Positions 46,568 to 55,783 are shown, numbered from the stretch's first letter. The stretch is DNA of 64,000 nucleotides from a virus (IMGVR_UViG_2974588491_000001:314380-378379), one strand, 5' to 3'. The notes: a model not told the origin generated them from the letters alone. Program-made: numbers and translations.

Positions 46568-47023
46568 ATGAAAGCTATCGAATTTGAACAGAAAGTAAGA
46601 GAATCCTTTTTGAAGTACTTCCCGAACGGGCATATTCGTTTATCTAAACTTGCTTTAGGTGGCGGCTTACATATTGCTTGCGGCCTGATTGCAAACGTTA
46701 AAGAGATCACCGCAACGATCAGACAAAACGACCCGTTAAACGTTTCTATCTTTATTCATGATAACTATGTATTCAATGATTCAGAAACGGATCTTGATAA
46801 TGTAGTACTTGAATTTGATAATTCTCATGTATCGGTTATTCCTGATAATCCGCACATGTACAGCCAATCGCACAAGATCGCAGCACGTAAAATTAACGCT
46901 GCACCAGAAAAAGCACTGGTAAACCTGGATAAGTATTTTAAACGTGTTAAAGATGTTGTCACAGAGCAAGCGGCATTAAACCGGATTATCAAACAAGATA
47001 CAATCGATCCTAAGTATCTGTAA
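46568..47023 (+). CDS. hypothetical protein
   Basis: 151-aa ORF with GGGAGAA RBS. Confidence 0.55.
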   Translation: MKAIEFEQKVRESFLKYFPNGHIRLSKLALGGGLHIACGLIANVKEITATIRQNDPLNVSIFIHDNYVFNDSETDLDNVVLEFDNSHVSVIPDNPHMYSQSHKIAARKINAAPEKALVNLDKYFKRVKDVVTEQAALNRIIKQDTIDPKYL

Positions 47024-47103
47024 AATTATTATCAAAAGTACTTGCAAAATGAATGCGAGTACTTTATAATAAAGTTACATTATTAATCAAGAGGAAGTAA
47101 CAA

Positions 47104-47229
47104 ATGGTCACTATCGAAAAAGTAAAAGAAATGCTGGAAGAACTCCGCGATCAGGGTTTTGTTGTTGCTGATACTGATGACGAATTAGAAGCAGCGGCAG
47201 AAATAGCATTGACCGTTTTAAATAGCTAA
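47104..47229 (+). CDS. small acidic protein (41 aa)
   Basis: AGAGGAAG RBS with own promoter cassette upstream. Confidence 0.4.
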   Translation: MVTIEKVKEMLEELRDQGFVVADTDDELEAAAEIALTVLNS

Positions 47230-47301
47230 TTAAAAATAGTACTTGCATTAATTTGTGAGTACTATATAATTACTTATATCGAAACAGCGGAGTAACTTGC
47301 A

Positions 47302-47529
47302 ATGATTGAATTTCGCAGAACTATGGAAATGTCTATCACTATCACTGACCCACGTTATACTGAGAAAGAGATCGCGGAAGGGTTATCTGACGGCTCAATG
47401 AATATGGGCGAAGAAGATGGCGAAGATGCAGGAAAGATTTTTAATAGTGCATGGGATGAAATCGCTACTATTGATGATCTTCATGTATCGGATGTTATGA
47501 CGCCGGATGTTCAATTTTCAGTGATTTAA
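47302..47529 (+). CDS. small acidic protein
   Basis: 75-aa ORF. Confidence 0.5.
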   Translation: MIEFRRTMEMSITITDPRYTEKEIAEGLSDGSMNMGEEDGEDAGKIFNSAWDEIATIDDLHVSDVMTPDVQFSVI

Positions 47530-47543
47530 TTATCAAAAGTACT

Positions 47544-47572
47544 TTGACAATTTTGTTAGAGTACTTTATAAT
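47544..47572 (+). promoter_or_regulatory. early promoter cassette (AAAAGTACTTTGACAA-N-GAGTACTTTATAAT)
   Basis: TTGACA-17-TATAAT. Confidence 0.6.
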
Positions 47573-47602
47573 TAACTTACATTAAGCGAGAGGATTTTAA
47601 AA

Positions 47603-48025
47603 ATGTTACAAGTCAGAGGTTATGCGGAAGGTGGTTTCTGTTTCATGTTGGATGATAAAGCGGTATCAGTACATGAAGCATTATTAGCGAATGGGGGTAA
47701 GTTTCATAAGAGAACCATTAACGCTCTTAATCGTAATAACCTGGCGAACGAACAAGATCTGGCAGAGTTTGAAAAGCTGGTAAAGGTTTTACATACTGGC
47801 TTAGATGCCTTTAATGCTCGTAAAGTACTGCGTGATCATTTCAATATTGATGTATTGAAGATTGAGAACTATTATATTTTAACTAGTTCTGAAATTTATG
47901 ATCTCATGAAAGTATATGAGATCTGTAAGTACAAAGTAAGTGTAAAAAGTCCTGCACACTCAACGATGTACTATTTCTTTGAGTACTTAAACCGGAAAGA
48001 TGTTCGCCGCCTGGAAAGAACATAA
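47603..48025 (+). CDS. hypothetical protein
   Basis: 140-aa ORF after TTAAGCGAGA motif. Confidence 0.55.
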   Translation: MLQVRGYAEGGFCFMLDDKAVSVHEALLANGGKFHKRTINALNRNNLANEQDLAEFEKLVKVLHTGLDAFNARKVLRDHFNIDVLKIENYYILTSSEIYDLMKVYEICKYKVSVKSPAHSTMYYFFEYLNRKDVRRLERT

Positions 48026-48033
48026 TTCAAGAA

Positions 48034-48067
48034 AGGGGTTGACTTCGGTTAGCCCCTTCTGTATACT
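48034..48067 (+). promoter_or_regulatory. PeSL cassette
   Basis: GGGGTTGACTTCGGTTAGCCCC followed by TATACT at 17 bp. Confidence 0.6.
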
Positions 48068-48074
48068 GTATTCA

Positions 48075-48112
48075 TTGGCAGATAAAGCCGCAAGCCCATA
48101 GGGTGCGGAGGT
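48075..48112 (+). repeat. IR-element half copy (GCCGCAAGCCCATAGGGTGCGGAG)
   Basis: left arm only. Confidence 0.5.
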
Positions 48113-48206
48113 ATGTCTGTAAGAATATAAATTTGAATAAAGTACTTGCAATCTATTTTAAAAGGCGTATACTTATCTATATCGAAACAACACAGAGGAA
48201 AACGAA

Positions 48207-48542
48207 ATGGAACAGACTACCCTGGTAAATGAAGATGCAATCATTGATTGTCTCCTGAATGTAATCCTTAACGCTGGCTATTGTGTAAGCGTGAATGATG
48301 GGGAATGTACTGTTATTAATCGCAGTACTGACAAAGAAGAGATTATGTCTGAGCTTCGCGGTACAGACAGCGATTGGATCAGAATTTATAAACCTGGTGA
48401 AGCCTACCATGTTGGATCTGTTGAACTGATTTACAACAATGGATCGGACGGATTAGATCTTATCAGTAATACAGCGGCAAGTGATTTAGAAGCCCTGGAT
48501 GAATTACTTATTCCAGTATATGAATTGATTGATACGCTGTAA
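48207..48542 (+). CDS. acidic hypothetical protein
   Basis: 111-aa ORF. Confidence 0.55.
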   Translation: MEQTTLVNEDAIIDCLLNVILNAGYCVSVNDGECTVINRSTDKEEIMSELRGTDSDWIRIYKPGEAYHVGSVELIYNNGSDGLDLISNTAASDLEALDELLIPVYELIDTL

Positions 48543-48558
48543 ACATTATCAAAAGTAC

Positions 48559-48587
48559 TTGCAATTAGAAAGCGAGTACTTTATAAT
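48559..48587 (+). promoter_or_regulatory. early promoter cassette (TTGCAA-17-TATAAT)
   Basis: ACATTATCAAAAGTACTTGCAA...GAGTACTTTATAAT. Confidence 0.6.
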
Positions 48588-48611
48588 GATTATATTAAAT
48601 CAGGAGGATAT

Positions 48612-48779
48612 ATGGACGAACTTTTAAAACTCTGGCAACAATTCAGTACTGTATCAGTTAACGATGATGATGAAATTGAAGAATCATTTTTGCACTTTGA
48701 AAAGGGAACAGACAGATTAGAAGTGTGGAAATGGTTTGAGAATCAGAATCCTGATTTTAAAGTATCTGATTTAGTTTAA
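48612..48779 (+). CDS. small acidic protein (55 aa)
   Basis: AGGAGGA RBS. Confidence 0.45.
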   Translation: MDELLKLWQQFSTVSVNDDDEIEESFLHFEKGTDRLEVWKWFENQNPDFKVSDLV

Positions 48780-48862
48780 TGTAAACATTATCAAAAGTAC
48801 TTTACTTATTTTGTAGAGTACTTTATAATGATTATAGTTAATTAAGAGAGAGGGTTTAAGAA

Positions 48863-49042
48863 ATGAAATTATATGCTTATGCGTCTAATAGTGGTGAAGC
48901 TATTGCAGTTGGTAGATCTGAGCGTGGTGCTAAATCTACTGCTACTAAAAACAAAAGTACTGAAATAGGTTATATCAGTACTATTAACAATATGTACATT
49001 CCTACTCATAAAAAAATTAATAATAAGTGGGTATCAATTTAA
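48863..49042 (+). CDS. small protein (59 aa)
   Basis: GAGAGGG RBS with own promoter cassette. Confidence 0.4.
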   Translation: MKLYAYASNSGEAIAVGRSERGAKSTATKNKSTEIGYISTINNMYIPTHKKINNKWVSI

Positions 49043-49114
49043 TGTATATAAGTACTTGCAAGTTATTTGTGAGTACTATATAATGATTGTACTTTAAGTG
49101 AGAGGAAAGAAAAC

Positions 49115-49486
49115 ATGAATCCAGTATATGAAATCCAGGCAGATATTTTCAACACGTTCTCTGAGATCGTTACACGTGGTCATGATGAGGAATCATACAA
49201 AAGAGAACAGGCCAGAATCCAGAATGATATTAACCGCCTTAAATTAGTGCGGGATCGTTATGCCTGTAATACTCTTATGACTAGCATGTTTTGCAATGTC
49301 ATGTTGCGTAAAATGTGCCTGGCTTATCGTTATGAGGGTATTCTTTATTGTACGGCTAATAATGTCCCTGGCCGTCCAAATACTGACTACTTACATACAT
49401 TAAACTTAACATCGGATCAATGGGATAGTTTAAAACAATTCCATGTATGGATCAGTACTGGCGATGTATACGCTCCAGTGCCTTAA
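49115..49486 (+). CDS. hypothetical protein
   Basis: TTAAGTGAGAGGAAAG pre-start; terminator follows. Confidence 0.55.
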   Translation: MNPVYEIQADIFNTFSEIVTRGHDEESYKREQARIQNDINRLKLVRDRYACNTLMTSMFCNVMLRKMCLAYRYEGILYCTANNVPGRPNTDYLHTLNLTSDQWDSLKQFHVWISTGDVYAPVP

Positions 49487-49493
49487 TTAACTA

Positions 49494-49518
49494 TAGGGGA
49501 ACATTGTTCCCCTTTTTA
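49494..49518 (+). terminator. rho-independent terminator
   Basis: agggaacattgttcccct followed by a T-run. Confidence 0.6.
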
Positions 49519-49532
49519 AGTGAGATCCGCCT

Positions 49533-49787
49533 ATGAATATTTTTTATCAAACTAACAGGTTATGCGTTGCATTTGATTGTGATTCTGATAAAATACAATG
49601 CGTAATCTACCGGAAAGGAACGGCGGTATATGATAACTGGAAAGTACTACAATCATATACAATGCGGCGTAAAGGTTTTAAACGCCTGGATAATCGAACA
49701 CAGAAAGCGGCCTTGCGACAAATGATCAAAGCAATGCGGAACCGTCAAACAATGGCTTTAAACATTGCACTTAACAGTAAGGAATGA
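49533..49787 (+). CDS. small basic protein
   Basis: 84-aa ORF. Confidence 0.45.
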   Translation: MNIFYQTNRLCVAFDCDSDKIQCVIYRKGTAVYDNWKVLQSYTMRRKGFKRLDNRTQKAALRQMIKAMRNRQTMALNIALNSKE

Positions 49788-49791
49788 TACA

Positions 49792-49950
49792 ATGATTCAT
49801 GATGTGGTTATTACTCTGACAGTACAATCTGATAATGAAGTACTGACTAACGACGAAATTATAAAGGCGATGGAAGAAAAACTATCCCTGATGAAAGCCG
49901 AACCGCAAATGGTTAAAGAGCTTGCGGAATCCGCAGAAGTGTTTGATTAA
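49792..49950 (+). CDS. small acidic protein (52 aa)
   Basis: AAGGAATG RBS then ATG in frame with ORF 49765..49950. Confidence 0.4.
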   Translation: MIHDVVITLTVQSDNEVLTNDEIIKAMEEKLSLMKAEPQMVKELAESAEVFD

Positions 49951-49957
49951 TTAAAAA

Positions 49958-49991
49958 AGGGGTTGACATATGTTAGCCCCTTCTGTATACT
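49958..49991 (+). promoter_or_regulatory. PeSL cassette
   Basis: GGGGTTGACATATGTTAGCCCC followed by TATACT at 17 bp. Confidence 0.6.
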
Positions 49992-50002
49992 GTATTCATT
50001 GA

Positions 50003-50031
50003 AATAAATTAGCCCACAGGGTGCGGAGATG
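50003..50031 (+). repeat. IR-element half copy
   Basis: AGCCCACAGGGTGCGGAG. Confidence 0.5.
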
Positions 50032-50239
50032 TATCTATTAAAAAAGTACTGTATACTTAACCAGTACCTATCAAATATAAATTCAAACGAAAAAAGTACT
50101 TGCAATGGATGATAAAAGGAGTATAATTGTTTACATGGAAGGGCAAGAGGTGAAAGGTAATGAGTCGCAGTACTGAAATAGTTCTGTTTATCTTTGTACT
50201 AGTAGCACTATCTATTAATTTTAATTGAGAGGATTCAAA

Positions 50240-50473
50240 ATGTCTTTATATGATGTAACTGTAAACAGTACTGGTATTGGTCGTTCTGGTACTACTAAGA
50301 TGCTGGCTGTTGCTTTCTTTCCTCATATGAATGAAGCAAGACAAGGTATCAATGAGTGGGTATCAGAGAACTTTGTTGCTCCGGTAACTGTGAGTGTTGA
50401 ATTAAAATCTCACTCAAATATTATCTATCCATCAGAAGTCCAGGGATATGAGCGTATTGTAATTATTGAATAA
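50240..50473 (+). CDS. small hypothetical protein
   Basis: GAGAGGA RBS then ATG in frame with ORF 50225..50473. Confidence 0.5.
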   Translation: MSLYDVTVNSTGIGRSGTTKMLAVAFFPHMNEARQGINEWVSENFVAPVTVSVELKSHSNIIYPSEVQGYERIVIIE

Positions 50474-50488
50474 TTCATTAAAAGTACT

Positions 50489-50517
50489 TTGACAAAATGG
50501 TTAGAGTACTTTATAAT
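50489..50517 (+). promoter_or_regulatory. early promoter cassette (TTGACA-17-TATAAT)
   Basis: AAAAGTACTTTGACAAAATGGTTAGAGTACTTTATAAT. Confidence 0.6.
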
Positions 50518-50544
50518 GTAGTTATTGAGTGGGGAGGAAACAAA

Positions 50545-50655
50545 ATGCAATTTGTTTTCGGTGCAATTAGTGGTGTACTGATTTATCTGAATTGGGATGT
50601 TATCAGTCCCTGGATTGAATCAGTACTGAAATTTACATTAACCTTTTTTAATTGA
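50545..50655 (+). CDS. tiny hydrophobic peptide (36 aa)
   Basis: GGGGAGGA RBS. Confidence 0.35.
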   Translation: MQFVFGAISGVLIYLNWDVISPWIESVLKFTLTFFN

Positions 50656-50666
50656 GAGAAACAAAA

Positions 50667-50870
50667 ATGGCACAGAAAGATCGTCGTTATGCTATCGCTG
50701 CTGAGTTCACTGGTCACGCTTCTGGTAAGAAACGTTTTGTACTGCGTTTTGAAGGTACTCGCGTATCCGATCATGGTTCCCGTTATGAAGCGGAACAGGA
50801 GATCGCGAAGTACAAGAAAGCGGGTACTATCCCTAACGTGAATGGTTCACGTTTGCTGGTGGAGGCGTAA
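50667..50870 (+). CDS. small basic protein
   Basis: GAGAGAAA RBS then ATG in frame with ORF 50652..50870. Confidence 0.5.
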   Translation: MAQKDRRYAIAAEFTGHASGKKRFVLRFEGTRVSDHGSRYEAEQEIAKYKKAGTIPNVNGSRLLVEA

Positions 50871-51046
50871 TGCGGGAGTTTGCATTGTATGACAAGGTAC
50901 ACATGGAAAGGGAATATCCGTTAAGTACTAAGAAAGTACTTGATACTGTACCCGATATTTCTGATCATGAAGTTGAACGTATTATCAACATGAATGTATC
51001 AGAAAGTATTGAGATTGATAATACTATTATCATTCGTACACTGTAA
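50870..51046 (+). CDS. small protein (58 aa)
   Basis: TAATG coupling. Confidence 0.4.
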   Translation: MREFALYDKVHMEREYPLSTKKVLDTVPDISDHEVERIINMNVSESIEIDNTIIIRTL

Positions 51047-51065
51047 AAAAACATTATCAAAAGTA

Positions 51066-51095
51066 CTTGCTAATAGAATGCGAGTACTTTATAAT
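51066..51095 (+). promoter_or_regulatory. early promoter cassette (TTGCTA-18-TATAAT), copy 1 of an exact ~50-bp duplicate
   Basis: ATTATCAAAAGTACTTGCTAATAGAATGCGAGTACTTTATAATGTA. Confidence 0.55.
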
Positions 51096-51124
51096 GTACT
51101 TATATTAAGCGAGAGAATAAAGAA

Positions 51125-51328
51125 ATGAAAAGACTTCAAATTGACGTATCGGAACAAGCATTCAATCAATTGAAAGAATTGAAGGGTAAATGTGAAAGTG
51201 CTAGTTACGCAGATGTTACCCAAAAAGCATATAAAGTACTCGACTTCTTTATGAATGCAAAAGCTGATGGCAAATCTATAATTGTCGTAGATAAAGATGG
51301 TAAAGAAACGATAGTAGAAATGCTTTAA
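51125..51328 (+). CDS. small hypothetical protein
   Basis: 67-aa ORF after TTAAGCGAGA. Confidence 0.5.
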   Translation: MKRLQIDVSEQAFNQLKELKGKCESASYADVTQKAYKVLDFFMNAKADGKSIIVVDKDGKETIVEML

Positions 51329-51378
51329 CTATATTATCAAAAGTACTTGCTAATAGAATGCGAGTACTTTATAATGTA
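51329..51378 (+). repeat. exact duplicate of promoter cassette 51048-51097
   Basis: identical ~50-bp string 280 bp apart. Confidence 0.6.
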
Positions 51379-51405
51379 GTTATTGAATCAAACAGAGATA
51401 AAGAA

Positions 51406-51708
51406 ATGAAAACTCCACATCATAAAGCGTATGAATATCATTATTACTTTGTTGGTAAAGATGGTATTCCTTATGTAGCAAAAAACTATCTCGCTGTAGT
51501 TCCTGGCGTTAATGTTGAAATGCTGATTAAACGCTGGAACCTTGCTGCTGGTCATGGTCGGAAGTATGTTCTTAAAGGTGAGGTGGATCTTAAAACAGCT
51601 TTATATACTCGCGGCAGTACTGGAACTATGATTGCGAATGATTGGAAGTTACTCGATCATATGCAATTCCACGGTATTGAATTTGAAGTAAAACAAATCG
51701 CAGCATAA
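51406..51708 (+). CDS. hypothetical protein
   Basis: ATG in frame with ORF 51358..51708. Confidence 0.5.
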   Translation: MKTPHHKAYEYHYYFVGKDGIPYVAKNYLAVVPGVNVEMLIKRWNLAAGHGRKYVLKGEVDLKTALYTRGSTGTMIANDWKLLDHMQFHGIEFEVKQIAA

Positions 51709-51770
51709 TTACAAAGTACTGGTGAAATATCCAGTACTGTTTTTATGTACAGTACTATATCCATTGAATA

Positions 51771-51790
51771 CATCTCCGCACCCTGTGGGC
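51771..51790 (+). repeat. IR-element right-arm copy (CTCCGCACCCTGTGGG)
   Basis: isolated arm. Confidence 0.45.
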
Positions 51791-51934
51791 TGTAGCATTG
51801 TTCTTGCTATGTGATAATAATATACTAGTACTTATATAATGTCAAGGAAATAATTATACTTTCAAACGTGAATTTGTCCTTGCATTTATTAATTAGTACT
51901 GTATAATACTTGTATTGAATCGGGAGAACGAACA

Positions 51935-52186
51935 ATGAACAAAGATTTAGTACTGTATTCGATTGCAATGATACTGTCAAGCATAGTAGTATACGTTGGT
52001 ATCGATGAAGCAAGATCCGGTATCTTCTGGCAAGCTACGGTCATTGCAGAAAACATCAACGATACATGGTTTAACTTTATAACTCATGGTATCAATTCGT
52101 TGTTCTTTATGGTGGTATGGATCGGCGTTGGTTCAATGATTGCATTTGTTTTTCATTTAGTGTTTGACAACGAGCAAGAGTCCTGA
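51935..52186 (+). CDS. small membrane protein
   Basis: two TM helices. Confidence 0.45.
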   Translation: MNKDLVLYSIAMILSSIVVYVGIDEARSGIFWQATVIAENINDTWFNFITHGINSLFFMVVWIGVGSMIAFVFHLVFDNEQES

Positions 52187-52217
52187 TATAGTACACGAAT
52201 TGAAACGGAGAGATACT

Positions 52218-52376
52218 ATGAGAGTTCAACCGATTGCACCAATTTTTAAGTTAGCCAGCAGTACTGTTAAAGATGAATATCCGAAACATATTGTTGACAA
52301 TCCTTGTAGTACTGTAGTATCTTTGGGTCAGAAAACTTTTGCACAGTTATATGACAAACAATGTAAAATCAAATGA
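52218..52376 (+). CDS. small protein (52 aa)
   Basis: GGAGAGA RBS. Confidence 0.4.
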   Translation: MRVQPIAPIFKLASSTVKDEYPKHIVDNPCSTVVSLGQKTFAQLYDKQCKIK

Positions 52377-52384
52377 GGTTTTAA

Positions 52385-53260
52385 ATGGGTAAGTATATTT
52401 CGTGGGGTATCTTTGGGGTTATCGCCCTTGCAGTAATGGCAGCGGTATTTGGTGCATCATTCACAGTAAAAGAAACTGAGCGTACTGTACTGTTGCGTAA
52501 TGGTAAGTTCGTGGAAGTAGCACAGCCGGGTTTTCACCTTAAAATGCCTTTCATTACTGACACAAAAGCAATTCAGGTAACAGGCGAATCCCGCCGTTGG
52601 GAAAAGCTACAAGCATATTCACGCGATCAACAACCTGCGGATATGGCTGTATCTGTATCTTTCAACGTACAGCCTGGACAAGTCGAACAGTTATATAAAA
52701 AGTATAACAGCATTGACGCGATGATTTCACGTGTAATTGATCGCCAGGTGCCGCAAGCACTGGAAAACGTTTTCGGCAAGTACACAGCAATTTCAGCAGT
52801 ACAAGATCGTACTAAGCTGGTGGCTGATGTTAATAAAGCCGTTAAAGAAGCAATGGCTGATGAACCGGTAACAGTATCGAGCGTACAGATCGAAGGTCTA
52901 TCCTTCTCTGATGCATACGATAAAGCAGTTGAAGATCGTATGACTGCACAGGTTGCGGTTGAACAATCCCAGCAAGATCTGGAAAAAGCTAAGATCACTT
53001 CACAGATTGCACTGACTAACGCTAAAGCCGAAGCTGATGCAAACTTTGCGAAGTTAGACGCCGAAGCGAAAGGTATCAAAGCAAAAGGTGACGCCGAAGC
53101 ATCTGCGATTAAAGCGAAAGGTGAAGCCCTTAAACAAGCTGGTGATACTTTAGTAGCATATATTTACGCTACTACGTGGAAAGGTAATTCACCTACTACC
53201 GTAGTGCCTAATACCTCCATCACTGGCTTGAGTCTGCCAGGGCAGCAAAAGCCGCAATAA
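52385..53260 (+). CDS. SPFH/band-7 (HflK/HflC/prohibitin-like) membrane protein
   Basis: N-terminal TM anchor, SPFH core (ERTVLLRNGKF...QVPQALENVFG), C-terminal Ala/Lys coiled coil; GC-richer codon usage than neighbours. Confidence 0.75.
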   Translation: MGKYISWGIFGVIALAVMAAVFGASFTVKETERTVLLRNGKFVEVAQPGFHLKMPFITDTKAIQVTGESRRWEKLQAYSRDQQPADMAVSVSFNVQPGQVEQLYKKYNSIDAMISRVIDRQVPQALENVFGKYTAISAVQDRTKLVADVNKAVKEAMADEPVTVSSVQIEGLSFSDAYDKAVEDRMTAQVAVEQSQQDLEKAKITSQIALTNAKAEADANFAKLDAEAKGIKAKGDAEASAIKAKGEALKQAGDTLVAYIYATTWKGNSPTTVVPNTSITGLSLPGQQKPQ

Positions 53261-53275
53261 GTACTGAATACTACA

Positions 53276-53302
53276 AAAGCCTAGCAATGTCTAGGCTTTT
53301 TT
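53276..53302 (+). terminator. rho-independent terminator
   Basis: aagcctagcaatgtctaggctt followed by a T-run. Confidence 0.65.
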
Positions 53303-53399
53303 ATATTTCGAAAAATATACTTTCAAACGTGAAAAGTACTTGCACAAAATGATCTGATGTAGTATTATCTTTATATCGACAACGAACAAGGAGAAACAA

Positions 53400-53597
53400 A
53401 TGGAACAACATTATGTACATATCCCTAGCCCTCTGTTGTTTTCGAGAGAAGCTAGATTGTCTCGCATTAAGTACTTGAGCAAGGCAAAGGCAAGTACTGA
53501 GAAAGAAGATCGTGAATGGAACTTGATTATGGCGAAGATGATGAAGCGTCATGAAAAGCAATGGATGGAAGTTTACAAAGAAGACTTTCTGAAGTAA
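53400..53597 (+). CDS. small basic protein
   Basis: 65-aa ORF with AAGGAGAA RBS. Confidence 0.45.
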   Translation: MEQHYVHIPSPLLFSREARLSRIKYLSKAKASTEKEDREWNLIMAKMMKRHEKQWMEVYKEDFLK

Positions 53598-53614
53598 ACA
53601 TTATCAAAAGTACT

Positions 53615-53643
53615 TTGACAAAATGGTTAGAGTACTTTATAAT
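53615..53643 (+). promoter_or_regulatory. early promoter cassette (TTGACA-17-TATAAT)
   Basis: conserved cassette. Confidence 0.6.
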
Positions 53644-53675
53644 GATTACATCAACCACTAAGAAGGAATGTACAA

Positions 53676-53870
53676 ATGACTACTGAAGAATGGCGTAAAC
53701 TTTCTCTGCAAACATCAATAACTGAGAAAGAAAAACAGCAGAAGACTATGTTTAATAGACGTTTGAAGTATCCCCCAAGAAGTGAATTACGTCGCTTGTG
53801 CGTTCAATATTCATGGTGGTTTCGTCACGAATTAAATGATTTTCGTGTACGTTTGGCAAAAATTCAGTAA
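53676..53870 (+). CDS. small basic protein
   Basis: 64-aa ORF. Confidence 0.45.
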   Translation: MTTEEWRKLSLQTSITEKEKQQKTMFNRRLKYPPRSELRRLCVQYSWWFRHELNDFRVRLAKIQ

Positions 53871-53943
53871 ACATTATCAAAAGTACTTTACTTAATTGAT
53901 AGAGTACTTTATAATGATTACATCAAATAATGAGGAAATTGAA

Positions 53944-54267
53944 ATGAGAAATTTATTATTAGTACTGGCGGCATTTGGTACAGGTTTAATGTGTGGGAAG
54001 TTTATCTACAAAGAGAATATCTCGTTTGACTTGTTTAGTGAAACAAAGTATACTTGTTCATACAAAGCTTACAGTGAAGAATTACTTCCAATATCAGACA
54101 GTAATACTTATACTGAAAAAGAGTTGAAGAAGTATCAAGAAGGTGATAGTATTATGGGAATGAAGATTGTTAGATTGTTTCCATTCCCTGATGCGTACAG
54201 TATGTTTGTACAATCAAATACGAATCCTGAACACAGTATTTTAATTAAGTGCGAGAAGAAAAAATGA
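53944..54267 (+). CDS. secreted or membrane-anchored small protein
   Basis: signal-like N-terminus MRNLLLVLAAFGTGLMCG. Confidence 0.5.
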   Translation: MRNLLLVLAAFGTGLMCGKFIYKENISFDLFSETKYTCSYKAYSEELLPISDSNTYTEKELKKYQEGDSIMGMKIVRLFPFPDAYSMFVQSNTNPEHSILIKCEKKK

Positions 54268-54653
54268 AAACTTACGAACAACTGAAAGGTGTAGCTGGTA
54301 AGATTGTTGACAACATTCAAAAGAACAGAATCAATGAAGCAGTATTCACTACTGTAACAGGCCGCAAAACTAAAGCTATAGAGTTGGGTACTTTGGTCGG
54401 TATGGTATCTGCGGCATGTTGTGAACGCAAGATTGATACTGCGATCTTGGAATTGTACTTGCGTAATGTTCATGGGTTTGAATATCGCGGTGTCCGTAAC
54501 ATGAGCAATGCAATGTTGGACGCATACGCAATTAAAGTACTTTCACATTGTGGTGATAAAGTTTTACGGTCTGGACACTTCAAAAAGATTGAAGAACTCG
54601 CCGCACAAAATACACCAGTAGATGAAGCAGCAAAAATCATCTTAGCAATGTAA
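54264..54653 (+). CDS. hypothetical protein
   Basis: ATGA coupling. Confidence 0.55.
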   Translation: MKTYEQLKGVAGKIVDNIQKNRINEAVFTTVTGRKTKAIELGTLVGMVSAACCERKIDTAILELYLRNVHGFEYRGVRNMSNAMLDAYAIKVLSHCGDKVLRSGHFKKIEELAAQNTPVDEAAKIILAM

Positions 54654-54670
54654 TTATTATCAAAAGTACT

Positions 54671-54699
54671 TTGACAAATAAGTTAGAGTACTTTATAAT
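54671..54699 (+). promoter_or_regulatory. early promoter cassette (TTGACA-17-TATAAT)
   Basis: conserved cassette. Confidence 0.6.
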
Positions 54700-54724
54700 G
54701 ATTATATTCAACGAGGGGAATATA

Positions 54725-54916
54725 ATGAGCAAACAATTTACTCATGCACCAAAAGCTGGTGGTGGTTATGAAATCATGTTCGGTAATAATGTGATCGATA
54801 GTGCTGATACTTTAAAAGAAGCACGTAATAAAATTGCAAAGTTCAAACGTGAAATGAAATTTTCTAATCTGGTGAATAAGTACTTTAATTATTCAGACAA
54901 CTTAAAGAAAAAATAG
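54725..54916 (+). CDS. small basic protein
   Basis: GAGGGGAA RBS. Confidence 0.45.
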   Translation: MSKQFTHAPKAGGGYEIMFGNNVIDSADTLKEARNKIAKFKREMKFSNLVNKYFNYSDNLKKK

Positions 54917-54978
54917 CTTGCATCACTCGTAATTATGAAGTATAATCTTTACATCAACCACTAAGAAGGAACAACAAA

Positions 54979-55365
54979 ATGTTTACTACTCATTACTTTG
55001 AAACAAGAACCCTGGCTCGTAACAACGTTGCTGTACTGAACGGTAAATTCAAAGACTTCGGTACTGATGCACCGAAAGGCCAGCGTTGGGCTGTATTGGT
55101 TGAAGCACAAGAAGCACAACCAGTGCCGGAAGTCAAAGAAGAAATTAAAATCGAACAAGCAACAACTGATAATTCTTCTGTCAGTACTTCCATCAAAGAT
55201 CTGCATGTTGCCGCCATTGCAAATGCTATGCCAAACGTATCCTTTACGCCAGGTATGAAACGCCGCGACGATCTGAAAACGCCTAATGGTAAGCCTGTAC
55301 GCCTCATGGTACGTCGTTCGATGGTGGCTGTACGGTTGGCTCAACATATGGCTAACTACGCTTAA
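54979..55365 (+). CDS. hypothetical protein (host-like codon usage)
   Basis: 128-aa ORF with AAGGAACAA RBS. Confidence 0.55.
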   Translation: MFTTHYFETRTLARNNVAVLNGKFKDFGTDAPKGQRWAVLVEAQEAQPVPEVKEEIKIEQATTDNSSVSTSIKDLHVAAIANAMPNVSFTPGMKRRDDLKTPNGKPVRLMVRRSMVAVRLAQHMANYA

Positions 55366-55484
55366 AATTCGATTGGGGGCTTATATGCCCCCATAATTAA
55401 GTAAGGATAATACCATATGCCAATTACTCCAGTTGTTTTGTTAATTGTGGTGTGTATAATAATTTTTATATTGTTGAGGCCGCG

Positions 55485-55727
55485 ATGAAAAAGATGGTAA
55501 TTGATAATACACAATTACGCATACACTTTAAAGCAAGTACTAAAGTACTGGACAAAGCATTAAGGGTTGTGCGAGAATATACAAAAGGTGAAGTTAGACC
55601 GAGGCGATTAGGTTGTGGATTGTTTGAAGTACTGGACGTTTCGCATAATGAGCGAATCGTAATTCAAAACAGTAAACTTAACTTAATGACTCATGAACAA
55701 TATAATAAGTTCGTTGAACGCCGTTGA
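55485..55727 (+). CDS. small hypothetical protein
   Basis: GAGG RBS then ATG in frame with ORF 55452..55727. Confidence 0.45.
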   Translation: MKKMVIDNTQLRIHFKASTKVLDKALRVVREYTKGEVRPRRLGCGLFEVLDVSHNERIVIQNSKLNLMTHEQYNKFVERR

Positions 55728-55739
55728 CATAATCCCCTA

Positions 55740-55783
55740 AATATGATTATAATAAATTTATAGTCATTAGGGGATTTTTTATT
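55740..55783 (+). terminator. intrinsic terminator (long-loop hairpin aatcccctaa...ttaggggatt followed by a T-run)
   Basis: 10-bp stem. Confidence 0.5.

Noticed and set aside
52627-53079. Antisense ORF inside the SPFH gene
   Set aside because: It is a shadow of a GC-richer gene, with no RBS.
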